A stretch of 45,585 bases of DNA, from IMG/VR virus record IMGVR_UViG_2582580752_000004; one strand, given 5' to 3'. Numbering within the stretch: position 1 is the stretch's first letter; the number at the start of each line of letters is the position of its first letter. Positions 1 to 7,961 of the stretch are shown one piece after another. The position numbers were made by a program, and so were the translations under genes. A model generated the notes under the pieces. The model had not been told where the DNA came from, searched no databases, and saw only the letters and a list, made by a program, of their open reading frames with translations. Origin of the DNA: a virus (Duplodnaviria; Heunggongvirae; Uroviricota; Caudoviricetes).

Positions 1-651
1 TTACCAGTCAATCCAGAGTGGACCGTGTTCAGCGTAAATATAACTGTACACATCCAGATTATATTTGTGGTCTGTTAAGAACAGGCCGCAAATACATGCC
101 GAAGCTTCCAGTGCAGCGGCTCTGTTACTGAATAACCATGTAGCAACATTCCAGCGTTTTTCTGCATCCCAGTCTTTCTCAAGGCCTGATACCATGAAGA
201 AACCGTTAGTGTTGCCATCAAATAATTCTGTTTCCAAATTTTTAAGCAATGCCTGATGGACTCTTGCCAGGTATTCCGCCGGAATTTCGCCACGAATTCT
301 GATGAGATTGTCATAAACAAACATGTTCCCCGCATATGGCGATTTTTCTTTCTTGTTTTTTAAACCAGCATCATGAGCAAACTGATCAATTTCTTCTTCC
401 GTTGGTTTCGTATTGATGTTTTGCGCTGTCGTTTCTGCAATTTTATTTGCCACACTCTCTGAGTCGTGTTTATTTATAGACGCACAGAAATACAATCCGG
501 TAAACGCATCGCGCACATTACGAGCCATATTATCAGTGTCTTTTTTCGTTACCGATTCCAATTCAAGTTCGTTCAGACGATGACGAAGTGTGTGTGCTGC
601 AATCTCCTGGATTGAAGGAGGTAAATCTTTAAATTCCATCGTCAACCTCAT
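1..651 (-). CDS. Hypothetical protein (216 aa), distal gene of a two-gene operon at the rexAB-equivalent position downstream of cI; no family recognised
   Basis: Complete ORF with stop at 1-3. Start ATG at 651 overlaps the upstream ORF stop by 1 nt (ATGA); an alternative ATG at 639 has a GAGG SD. Same strand as cI. Confidence 0.55.
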   Translation of the reverse strand: MRLTMEFKDLPPSIQEIAAHTLRHRLNELELESVTKKDTDNMARNVRDAFTGLYFCASINKHDSESVANKIAETTAQNINTKPTEEEIDQFAHDAGLKNKKEKSPYAGNMFVYDNLIRIRGEIPAEYLARVHQALLKNLETELFDGNTNGFFMVSGLEKDWDAEKRWNVATWLFSNRAAALEASACICGLFLTDHKYNLDVYSYIYAEHGPLWIDW

Positions 652-884
652 CAGTCAGTGTTTCTGGCTAACCAGCGACGCGCGCCAGCTTCAGTTTTAA
701 ACGTTTTGCTTTTGGTATACGTCATCGCGGTGAACGTACCGTCCTGGTTGGGAAACACGCCGCATACCAGAGATTCGTTGTTGCCAAGATCGATAGTATC
801 CATGCTGACCTCATTTCCCCTTAACGCCGGGGTAGCGGAACAAAAACCTGCTGCATAGTTATTAAAGTTGAACCCTGCCGTCAT
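651..884 (-). CDS. Hypothetical small protein (77 aa), proximal gene of the rexAB-position operon
   Basis: ORF with GAGG about 8 nt upstream of the ATG at 884; stop overlaps the start of the 216-aa ORF (translational coupling). Confidence 0.4.
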   Translation of the reverse strand: MTAGFNFNNYAAGFCSATPALRGNEVSMDTIDLGNNESLVCGVFPNQDGTFTAMTYTKSKTFKTEAGARRWLARNTD

Positions 885-982
885 GTTCTTACGCCTCGGG
901 CTGGCTACTTAACCCCTGACCACTGCCTGGTAACTCGAAGTATTGCCCTGCATTCTGTGGGGCGGGGTGAGGGAATGAATGA

Positions 983-1011
983 AGTTTAGAAAAATGAACA
1001 TTTAAGGTCAA
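983..1011 (-). promoter_or_regulatory. Candidate sigma70 promoter for the two-gene operon (TTGACC, 17-bp spacer, TAAACT on the minus strand)
   Basis: Hexamer match by eye in the 211-bp gap between the cI stop and the small ORF. Confidence 0.25.
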
Positions 1012-1095
1012 TGTTTTTTTATCAAAACATTTTAAGCAGGCAGCTGTTACGCCATCACTACGATGGCATACAGTTAATCAAATAGATGAGGTTGG

Positions 1096-1734
1096 TTAAA
1101 TATCTTGTTGAATTTTAAAGCATACTCCCAATATGCAAGATAGATCATCCAGCATAATTGAAGGGTAGCGAGGATTCGTGGGGACTAAAAGAATATCCGG
1201 CCCTTCTATCTCCAGTTTGCGAATGACAGGCGTTGTGGTCCCTTTGGGTAAGGCAAGGACAATATTTCCTGGTTGTACGATTCGATCGGGATCAACAAAA
1301 ACTGTTGAACCATTTGGGATGGAAACTCCACCACCAGATGTCGACATACTGTCACTCTCTAGAACAACAGCAAAGGTATTGGCCGGGATTTCTCCGACAA
1401 GCTGCACACAAGAGGTTATTGAGGAATTTTTCATATAATCACTCCAGCTTGCTGCCTGCTGAAGTGATAGTAGCGGAACCGTTTTTATCGGCGGTAAAGA
1501 TAGATCAAGCGAATCACCTGTATTTAACTCTCCTCCATTAAGAAGCCAATTTTCGTTTACTTTCAATATCTTTGCCAGTGAACTTATGTAACGCGAGGAC
1601 GGCGCTCCTCCACCGTTCATCCATTGACTTACGGAGCCTTTTGATGCGCCAGTGGCATTGACAAGGTCTTTGCCTTTCAAGTTTAGCGCATGCATACGTT
1701 GGGTTATGCGTTCAGATATTGTTTGCTTGTTCAT
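1096..1734 (-). CDS. cI-like prophage repressor (N-terminal HTH, C-terminal S24 LexA-type autopeptidase)
   Basis: 212 aa; HTH region GASKGSVSQW, Ser in the DSMS motif and a downstream Lys (VIRKLE) consistent with an S24 Ser-Lys dyad. Divergent from the cro-like gene. Confidence 0.85.
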   Translation of the reverse strand: MNKQTISERITQRMHALNLKGKDLVNATGASKGSVSQWMNGGGAPSSRYISSLAKILKVNENWLLNGGELNTGDSLDLSLPPIKTVPLLSLQQAASWSDYMKNSSITSCVQLVGEIPANTFAVVLESDSMSTSGGGVSIPNGSTVFVDPDRIVQPGNIVLALPKGTTTPVIRKLEIEGPDILLVPTNPRYPSIMLDDLSCILGVCFKIQQDI

Positions 1735-1825
1735 GTTTTGATTTTAAAACACAGATGGTTTTGTTTCTTGACTTTCTTTGGTTTTGATTATTAAACTTTT
1801 GGCGTTCAGTTTTATGGAGCGACTC
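1735..1825. promoter_or_regulatory. Divergent immunity promoter/operator region with two 16-bp palindromic operator-like sites (GTTTTGATTTTAAAAC at about 1735-1750; GTTTTGATTATTAAAC at about 1781-1796)
   Basis: Two near-identical inverted-repeat sites between the divergent repressor and cro-like genes; TTGACT -35-like hexamer at about 1768-1773. Confidence 0.5.
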
Positions 1826-2068
1826 ATGAAAAAATCAGAAGTATTAGGCTATTTTGGCGGAGTTGTTAAAACAGCCGCCGCTCTAGGAACGTCAAAAACC
1901 ACAGTCAGCATGTGGGGGGAAGACGTTCCGTGGAAATGGGCGTTGCTAATTCAGGCAGTCACTGCCGGGGCGCTCAAATATGAGTTACACATACCGACGG
2001 TTGTCATTCCCGATTCTGATCATAATCCGCCTTCTAACCAAGGGGGGATTCATGAAAATCAAGCATGA
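1826..2068 (+). CDS. Cro-like HTH regulator
   Basis: Small ORF divergent from the repressor; GGAG SD 7 nt upstream of the ATG at 1826; HTH-like TAAALGTSKTTVSMW. Confidence 0.6.
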   Translation: MKKSEVLGYFGGVVKTAAALGTSKTTVSMWGEDVPWKWALLIQAVTAGALKYELHIPTVVIPDSDHNPPSNQGGIHENQA

Positions 2069-2477
2069 ACACATCCGCATGGCGATGAATGCCTGGGCGC
2101 ATCCGGACGGCGAAAAAGTACCGACTGCGAAGATTACCAAAGCGTATTTCGAACTGGGTATGACGTTCCCGGAACTGTATGACGACAGCCATCCGGAAGC
2201 CCTGGCTCGCAATACCCAGAAAATTTTCCGCTGGATAGAGAAAGACACCCCTGATGCAGTTGAAAAAATTCAGGCGTTGTTACCAGCGATCGAAAAGGCA
2301 ATGCCACCTTTGCTGGTGGCCAGAATGCGCAGCCACAGTTCAACTTATTTTCGGGAGCTGGTGGAGACGCGGGAGCGACTGGTGAGAGACGCTGATGATT
2401 TTGTCGCAGTGGCAATCGCCGGTTTCAATCAGATGAACCGTGGTGGCCCGGCAGGAAATGCTGTGGCAGTACATTGA
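2052..2477 (+). CDS. YdaT-like protein at the cII position
   Basis: Starts MKIKHEHIRMAMNAWAHPDG after a GGGGGG SD; overlaps the cro-like gene end in another frame. The YdaT assignment is from memory. Confidence 0.5.
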   Translation: MKIKHEHIRMAMNAWAHPDGEKVPTAKITKAYFELGMTFPELYDDSHPEALARNTQKIFRWIEKDTPDAVEKIQALLPAIEKAMPPLLVARMRSHSSTYFRELVETRERLVRDADDFVAVAIAGFNQMNRGGPAGNAVAVH

Positions 2478-2542
2478 CTGACAATAGCCATATCGAATCG
2501 CTTCCGGCAATTCGTGAGTAAAAAGATTCGGTATCAGAGGAG

Positions 2543-3655
2543 GTGAGTATGGCTAACGCTTGGCTCAGATTATGGCATGACATGCCAAATGACCCTAAGT
2601 GGCGAACAATTGCCAGGGTGTCAGGGCAGCCAATTGCAACAGTGATGGCAGTGTATATCCACCTCCTGGTGAGCGCGTCACGAAATGTCACGCGAGGTCA
2701 CATTGATGTCACGACAGAAGATTTGGCAAGTGCGCTCGACGTGACAGAAGAGGTAATTGATTCAATTTTGCAGACGATGCAGGGGCGGGTACTTGATGGT
2801 GATTTAATCACTGGATGGGAGAAACGCCAGGTGCTTAAAGAGGACAACGGCAATATTTCGCAAACCGCAAAATCTCCGGCAGAGCGCAAGAGGGCGCAGC
2901 GTGAGAGGGAAAGAAAGCGGGAACAAAATGGCGATTGTCACGGCGCGTCACGAAATGTCACGCACATGTCACGACGAGTCACGACAGATAAAGATACAGA
3001 TAAAGATACAGATAAAGATACAGATAAAGATACAGATAAAGATACAGATCAAGAAGATCAAAACACTATGGTCCATGGCGTAAAAAACGCCACGAACCAG
3101 GCAGGGGATGTTCAGACCGTCAATCCTGGTCAGCCAGCAGGCACGACACCGGAAGCCGATTCAGCGTATGCGCTGAAAGCCGATTCGGGCGCTGTGCAGC
3201 AGGTGATGACCGCAAGGCCGAAGCAATCACACCAACTGCAGCAGCCTGAAGCCGATTCCGCCATTCAGCGGGAAGCCGATCGGGTAGTCCCGGAAAACAC
3301 CGGGCTGTCTGTGGGACGAGTGGATTATCCGGATGTGTTCGAACAGGTCTGGCGGGAGTACCCGTTGCGTGCCGGAGCAAACCCGAAGAAATCCGCATTC
3401 AGTGCCTGGAAGGCCAGATTGCGCGAGGGGGTGCCACCAGAGACCATGCTGGATGGTGTGAGGCGTTACGCGAGATACCTGGCGGCGACCGGGAAAGCGG
3501 GAACGGAATTTGTTCAGCGAGCGACGACGTTTTTTGGGCCGGACCGGAATTTTGAAAACCCCTGGTTGCTCCCGGTAAGCGGCACGAACAACCAGCGTTG
3601 TGTGAATCATATTTCTGAACCGGATACCGAAATTCCGCCGGGATTCAGGGGGTGA
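2543..3655 (+). CDS. Phage replication initiation protein (O-like/DnaT-like) with internal (DKDT)x5 repeat
   Basis: 370 aa, immediately upstream of the DnaC-like gene; GGAGG SD; contains iteron-like DNA repeats. Confidence 0.6.
   Translation: MSMANAWLRLWHDMPNDPKWRTIARVSGQPIATVMAVYIHLLVSASRNVTRGHIDVTTEDLASALDVTEEVIDSILQTMQGRVLDGDLITGWEKRQVLKEDNGNISQTAKSPAERKRAQRERERKREQNGDCHGASRNVTHMSRRVTTDKDTDKDTDKDTDKDTDKDTDQEDQNTMVHGVKNATNQAGDVQTVNPGQPAGTTPEADSAYALKADSGAVQQVMTARPKQSHQLQQPEADSAIQREADRVVPENTGLSVGRVDYPDVFEQVWREYPLRAGANPKKSAFSAWKARLREGVPPETMLDGVRRYARYLAATGKAGTEFVQRATTFFGPDRNFENPWLLPVSGTNNQRCVNHISEPDTEIPPGFRG
2673..2963. repeat. Two copies of a 21-bp direct repeat GCGCGTCACGAAATGTCACGC (about 2673-2693 and 2943-2963), each followed by further GTCACG hexamers; candidate ori iterons
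   Basis: Exact 21-bp repeat read by eye; four to five GTCAC(G) hexamers in each cluster. Confidence 0.6.
2987..3046. repeat. 12-bp tandem repeat (GATAAAGATACA) x5 inside the replication initiator gene
   Basis: Five perfect tandem copies encoding DKDT x5; anchored to the ORF frame at 2901. Confidence 0.85.
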
Positions 3656-3661
3656 TGTGGC

Positions 3662-4408
3662 ATGAAAAACATTGCGGCAGCCGGGGTTCTTGAACGTATT
3701 CGCAGACTTGCACCACCGGCGTCGGTTCCACCGTACCGGACGGTGGAGGAGTGGCGGGAATGGCAACTTGCTGAAGGACGAAAACGCAGCGAGGAGATTA
3801 ACCGCCAGAATCACCAGTTGCGGGTGGAAAAAATCCTGAATCGTTCGGGCATCCAGCCTCTGCACAGCAAATGCTCGTTTGCGAATTATCAGGTGCAGAA
3901 CGACGGGCAAAAATACGCGCTGAGCCAGGCCAAATCCATAGCTGACGAACTGATGACCGGGTGCACGAATTTTGTGTTCAGCGGTAAAACCGGCACCGGG
4001 AAAAATCACCTTGCAGCGGCGATGGGTAACCGGCTGATGGCGAAGGGGCGCAGCGTGATTATCGTCACCGTGTCTGATGTCATGAGCGTGTTGCATGACA
4101 GCTACGACAACGGCAAATCCGGGGAAAAATTTTTACAGGAGCTTTGCAGTGTTGATTTGCTGGTCCTGGATGAAATAGGCGTTCAGCGGGAGACGAAAAA
4201 CGAGCAGGTGGTATTACACCAGATAATTGATCGCCGGACAGCATCACTGTGCAGTGTCGGGATGTTAACAAACCTGAATCATGCCGCAATGAGTACGCTT
4301 CTTGGTGAGAGGATTATGGACCGCATGACCATGAACGGTGGTCGATGGGTGACGTTTAACTGGGATAGCTGGCGTCCAAATGTCAGCAATATGAGGGTTG
4401 TGAAGTAA
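3662..4408 (+). CDS. DnaC-like replicative helicase loader (AAA+ ATPase)
   Basis: Walker A GKTGTGKNHLAAA, Walker B LLVLDEIG; 248 aa; directly follows the initiator gene. Confidence 0.85.
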   Translation: MKNIAAAGVLERIRRLAPPASVPPYRTVEEWREWQLAEGRKRSEEINRQNHQLRVEKILNRSGIQPLHSKCSFANYQVQNDGQKYALSQAKSIADELMTGCTNFVFSGKTGTGKNHLAAAMGNRLMAKGRSVIIVTVSDVMSVLHDSYDNGKSGEKFLQELCSVDLLVLDEIGVQRETKNEQVVLHQIIDRRTASLCSVGMLTNLNHAAMSTLLGERIMDRMTMNGGRWVTFNWDSWRPNVSNMRVVK

Positions 4409-4429
4409 TTTTGTCCGGAGGAAATTTTA

Positions 4430-5200
4430 ATGGAAACCGTATCTGACGCACTGAAAGCACTGAAAAAAGCCTCTTCACATGTGGTGGCAGCTCGCCTTGG
4501 AATCAGTCGTGAAGAGGCTGTCAACGAGCTGTGGGAACTCAAAAGAAATGGCGTCGTTGATAAAACTGGTCACACCTGGTTTCTGGCTGGCGAAGGTGAA
4601 TCCCGGGTAACCGAAGAGCGGCCAGTAAAATCTGAAGCACAGGATATGCTGACCGGGGAGGTCGAACAAAAAGTTACCGCAGACATGATGATTGAGTTTA
4701 TCGGTCAGGATGGGGCTAAAACGTGTGAGGAACTGGCGGGTAAGTTCGGTGTCAGTACTCGCAAGGTTGCTTCCACGCTGGCGGTGGTAACCGCAACGGG
4801 GCGGCTGGCACGCGTTAATCAGAACGGTAAATTTCGTTACTGCATGCCGGGCGATAATTTACCAGCAGAGCCGAAAGCCGCGCTGGTAACGGAAAGTGAT
4901 GGTAAGGCCTTTCCTCAGCCAGCAGGTGCTGCGTTACCAGTCCGGGAAGCCGCAACACAGGAAGAAATTAAAACAGAAACTGTGGCGGACATTGTGCAGC
5001 CGTTGCCATCGTTTACCGAAACGCAAGCAGATGAGCTGATTTTTCCGTCCCTTCGCAGGGCAAACCTGGCGCTGCGCAGGGCGAAAAGTGATGTTCAGAA
5101 GTGGGAGCGAGTCTGCGCCGCGCTGCGGGAGCTGAACAAGCACCGGGATATTGTTCGACAGATTACTGATTCTTCCCGCCGTGTTGTATCGGAAAAGTGA
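4430..5200 (+). CDS. Hypothetical phage protein with two winged-helix-like segments
   Basis: 256-aa ORF starting 22 nt after the DnaC-like stop. Confidence 0.55.
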   Translation: METVSDALKALKKASSHVVAARLGISREEAVNELWELKRNGVVDKTGHTWFLAGEGESRVTEERPVKSEAQDMLTGEVEQKVTADMMIEFIGQDGAKTCEELAGKFGVSTRKVASTLAVVTATGRLARVNQNGKFRYCMPGDNLPAEPKAALVTESDGKAFPQPAGAALPVREAATQEEIKTETVADIVQPLPSFTETQADELIFPSLRRANLALRRAKSDVQKWERVCAALRELNKHRDIVRQITDSSRRVVSEK

Positions 5201-5215
5201 TTGCCGGAGGCGCTT

Positions 5216-5629
5216 ATGGCAAAAGTATTTACACAGGAAGAGCGGGAAAAAATTAAAGGGCAGGTTGTTGAGCTAGTACGCCGGAGTGGGCGCGAGACGT
5301 TACGGCAACTGGAAGCCAAGACAGGTGCGACAAGATATCTGATGAGCGTTCTTGCCAGAGAGCTGGTTGCCAGTGGCGATGTATACAACTCTGGTTACGG
5401 GTTATTCCCATCTGAACAGGCTCGTAAGGACTGGCAAAACGCCCGCAAAAAACTATCGAGGGCAAAACTGAAGAAACCGGTTGTGGTTGATCCTGACCTT
5501 ATCTGGTCATTACCAGACGGAGAAATACGCCGCTATGACAGGCAATTGAACATAATTTGTAGTGAGTGCCGTAACAGTGAAGTGATGCAGCGAGTTTTGA
5601 TATTTTACACAGGAGTAATGATGGAATAG
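5216..5629 (+). CDS. Hypothetical phage protein
   Basis: ORF with GGAGG SD before the ATG at 5216 (MAKVFTQ). Confidence 0.5.
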   Translation: MAKVFTQEEREKIKGQVVELVRRSGRETLRQLEAKTGATRYLMSVLARELVASGDVYNSGYGLFPSEQARKDWQNARKKLSRAKLKKPVVVDPDLIWSLPDGEIRRYDRQLNIICSECRNSEVMQRVLIFYTGVMME

Positions 5630-5980
5630 TGAAAATAACATGAAACCTTTGGATTCTGGTGTTTCAGTGGATGGGAAAAGAGCAGATACATAGAAAATGA
5701 ATAGCAATAATTCACAGTCTGGATGTTGTTTGTATGCTTATAAAATGATCCTAGTATGCATTGCCGGAGTTGAATCAGCTCCAATGAAGAAACTGAGAGG
5801 AGTATTTAGAAGATAGCTAAATGGATGTAATTATTAGTATCTAAAAAATAGTATTTTTGAAATGGGTCTAAGAACACAACAATGTACAAATGAGAAGTTA
5901 TCTTTTAATATGTTCAAAGACCCATTAGGATTGATATCAGTTATGTTAGCTAGATTGATAAAGTGATTACATATTTTCTG

Positions 5981-6754
5981 TTATATGCTGAAATGAATAA
6001 TGCTATTCCAGAGTGCAGCAGAGAAAGTCTCCTGATGATTGAGCTCTGGAAATTGTACAATAGAAAAATTACTGTATTTTTCTGTCAAAATATTTCTCAA
6101 AACAGATTCCGCTTTGATGGCTTCAGGATATAAAGATGCGGAGTAATCAAGGCTAAGATTTCCGTTAAGCAAGCATATACTTTTAGTGTGCTTTGATTCT
6201 GATATATCATCTTTAATTATCTTGATGATTCTTTCATTCTGCCATAGAAGTGATGGTGCAGATATATAATAATAGTTAAAGCATGAATTATTTTTTAAGC
6301 AATCAAGCACAAAAATAGCACCTAGCGAGTGCCCCCATATACCGATTCTGGAACTGTTCGGAGCAATAGTACTAACCCATGGCATGATCTGAGTTAGTAA
6401 TAATTCTCGGAAAGACTGGCTTCCTCCACCAGTAAAGTAGATCCATGCTGGTTTAGAGTTATCAACAATAGCATTTTCACCATCAGGAGTATAATCGTAA
6501 GCACGGCGATGAATGCTAAGGTTATTCCAAGATTCATAACCAAGTGTAACTAACACTGGTGGATTGGGTAGTGCATCAATAACAGGCAGAATATCAGAAA
6601 TGTAATTGTTGGCACTATTCCCATCAAGTATATAAAGAGTTGCATTATTTTTTTTAATGTTTTTTGGAGTAAAAATACATATTTTATATTTGGTGTCATG
6701 GTTAATTGAGTTAAATATGCGTGTTTGACAATGAATGTCCATATGTTTAGTCAT
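5981..6754 (-). CDS. Alpha/beta-hydrolase fold esterase (GHSLG nucleophile elbow), AT-rich moron
   Basis: 257 aa with GxSxG motif IWGHSLGAIF; lower GC than flanking phage genes; opposite strand. Confidence 0.7.
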   Translation of the reverse strand: MTKHMDIHCQTRIFNSINHDTKYKICIFTPKNIKKNNATLYILDGNSANNYISDILPVIDALPNPPVLVTLGYESWNNLSIHRRAYDYTPDGENAIVDNSKPAWIYFTGGGSQSFRELLLTQIMPWVSTIAPNSSRIGIWGHSLGAIFVLDCLKNNSCFNYYYISAPSLLWQNERIIKIIKDDISESKHTKSICLLNGNLSLDYSASLYPEAIKAESVLRNILTEKYSNFSIVQFPELNHQETFSAALWNSIIHFSI

Positions 6755-7301
6755 GCGTTCTCCCCATGAGCATTAAAGGATGCTTAAGATATGCTATGTC
6801 ACTGATAAAAAATTTGTTGTGTGTGTTTAGTTATTTTATCTACCTCCATTATGATTTAAGACTGATATATGTTATCAGCAAAGGTACATCGTTATTATTT
6901 TACCTGTCAATACATTTGATATTGATTATCGTTTACATCGCTTGCTTAGGAAATTGAAGGCAGGTAACTATCATGTCAATGAACTAACCCACAGTCTAAC
7001 GTACTTCTTTCCCCAATCACCAACAACCAAATTCCTGTTATCACCACTGGGATTTTGGCGCAACTTCATGGTGCAGAGGTAAATAGCATCAAGCAAAATC
7101 TCTTTTTCCGTTGTTGTCCTTATGGGACGTCTGTCTTTCTGACCGATTTCATATTGGCGAGGTAATGGGAAGTTAAGTAGAATAGCTGCGGGTGCTTGAG
7201 GCTATCTGCCTCGGGCATGAACACCAACGGCAGATAGAGAAAAGCCCCAGTTAACATTACGCGTCCTGCAAGACGCTTAACATTAATCTGAGGCTCAATC
7301 T

Positions 7302-7514
7302 ATGAACGGCAAATCTAGGTTAGCCTCTTACGTGCCGAAAGGCAAGGAGAAGCAGGCTATGAAGCAGCAAAAGGCGATGTTAATCGCCCTGATCGTCATC
7401 TGTTTAACCGTCATAGTGACGGCACTGGTAACGAGGAAAGACCTCTGCGAGGTACGAATCCGAACCGGCCAGACGGAGGTCGCTGTCTTCACAGCTTACG
7501 AACCTGAGGAGTAA
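7302..7514 (+). CDS. mok: Mok-type in-frame leader ORF overlapping hok
   Basis: 70-aa ORF whose last 51 codons are hok; GAGG SD before the ATG at 7302. Confidence 0.5.
   Translation: MNGKSRLASYVPKGKEKQAMKQQKAMLIALIVICLTVIVTALVTRKDLCEVRIRTGQTEVAVFTAYEPEE
7359..7514 (+). CDS. hok: Hok/Gef family type I toxin
   Basis: MKQQKAMLIALIVICLTVIVTALVTRKDLCEVRIRTGQTEVAVFTAYEPEE, the hallmark Hok/Gef sequence; AGGAGA SD. Confidence 0.88.
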   Translation: MKQQKAMLIALIVICLTVIVTALVTRKDLCEVRIRTGQTEVAVFTAYEPEE

Positions 7515-7582
7515 GAGACCAGGCGGGGGAGAAATCCCTCGCCACCTCTGATGAATCAGGCATCCTCAACGCACCCGCACTT

Positions 7583-7609
7583 AACCCGCTTCGGCGGGTT
7601 TTGTTTTTT
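7583..7609 (+). terminator. Rho-independent terminator downstream of hok
   Basis: Hairpin AACCCGC-TTCG-GCGGGTT followed by a T run. Confidence 0.55.
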
Positions 7610-7681
7610 CCTGGCATTCTGGTTTACAATTCGCACGCCAGCCTGAACAACTGGCACCTGCTGCGCCAGCAGAGACAACCG

Positions 7682-7960
7682 ATGGCGCACGATACCAAAT
7701 TATACAATTCTGATGATTCTGCCGTCTTTGCCAGCAGGCGCGGACGGTGTTTTCACGCATTCAAATCTGACTGGTACCAGCATCCCCCATGCACTGAAGA
7801 ACAGGCCGAATGGCTCATTCAGTGTTACCGCAGGCGCGGATGCGAGGTTAAAAAAGCCCTTAGCCTCGACTACCGTCACTGGATAATCTCCGTCAGGCTC
7901 CCTTACTCCGAACGGCCACCGCGTCCGTCCCGCACATTCCAGCAACGGATCTGGAGGTAA
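7682..7960 (+). CDS. Hypothetical nin-region protein
   Basis: Start placed at MAHDTK because the upstream ATG at 7601 lies inside the hok terminator; stop 2 nt before the next gene. Confidence 0.4.
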   Translation: MAHDTKLYNSDDSAVFASRRGRCFHAFKSDWYQHPPCTEEQAEWLIQCYRRRGCEVKKALSLDYRHWIISVRLPYSERPPRPSRTFQQRIWR

Positions 7961-7961
7961 T

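Noticed and set aside
1980-2051. N-terminal extension of the YdaT-like ORF in the track (start at 1980)
   Set aside because: It would overlap most of the cro-like gene; a strong SD precedes the internal Met at 2052, which begins the conserved MKIKHEH N-terminus.
2987-3046. Possible CRISPR array, suggested by the short tandem repeats here and the 141-bp and 468-bp repeats elsewhere
   Set aside because: The units are contiguous with no unique spacers, all lie inside protein-coding frames, and no cas genes are present.
3227-4096. 289-aa minus-strand ORF spanning the replication initiator and DnaC-like genes
   Set aside because: It lies antisense to two well-supported genes, is Arg/Pro/His-rich as expected for an antisense frame in GC-rich coding DNA, and has no start context.
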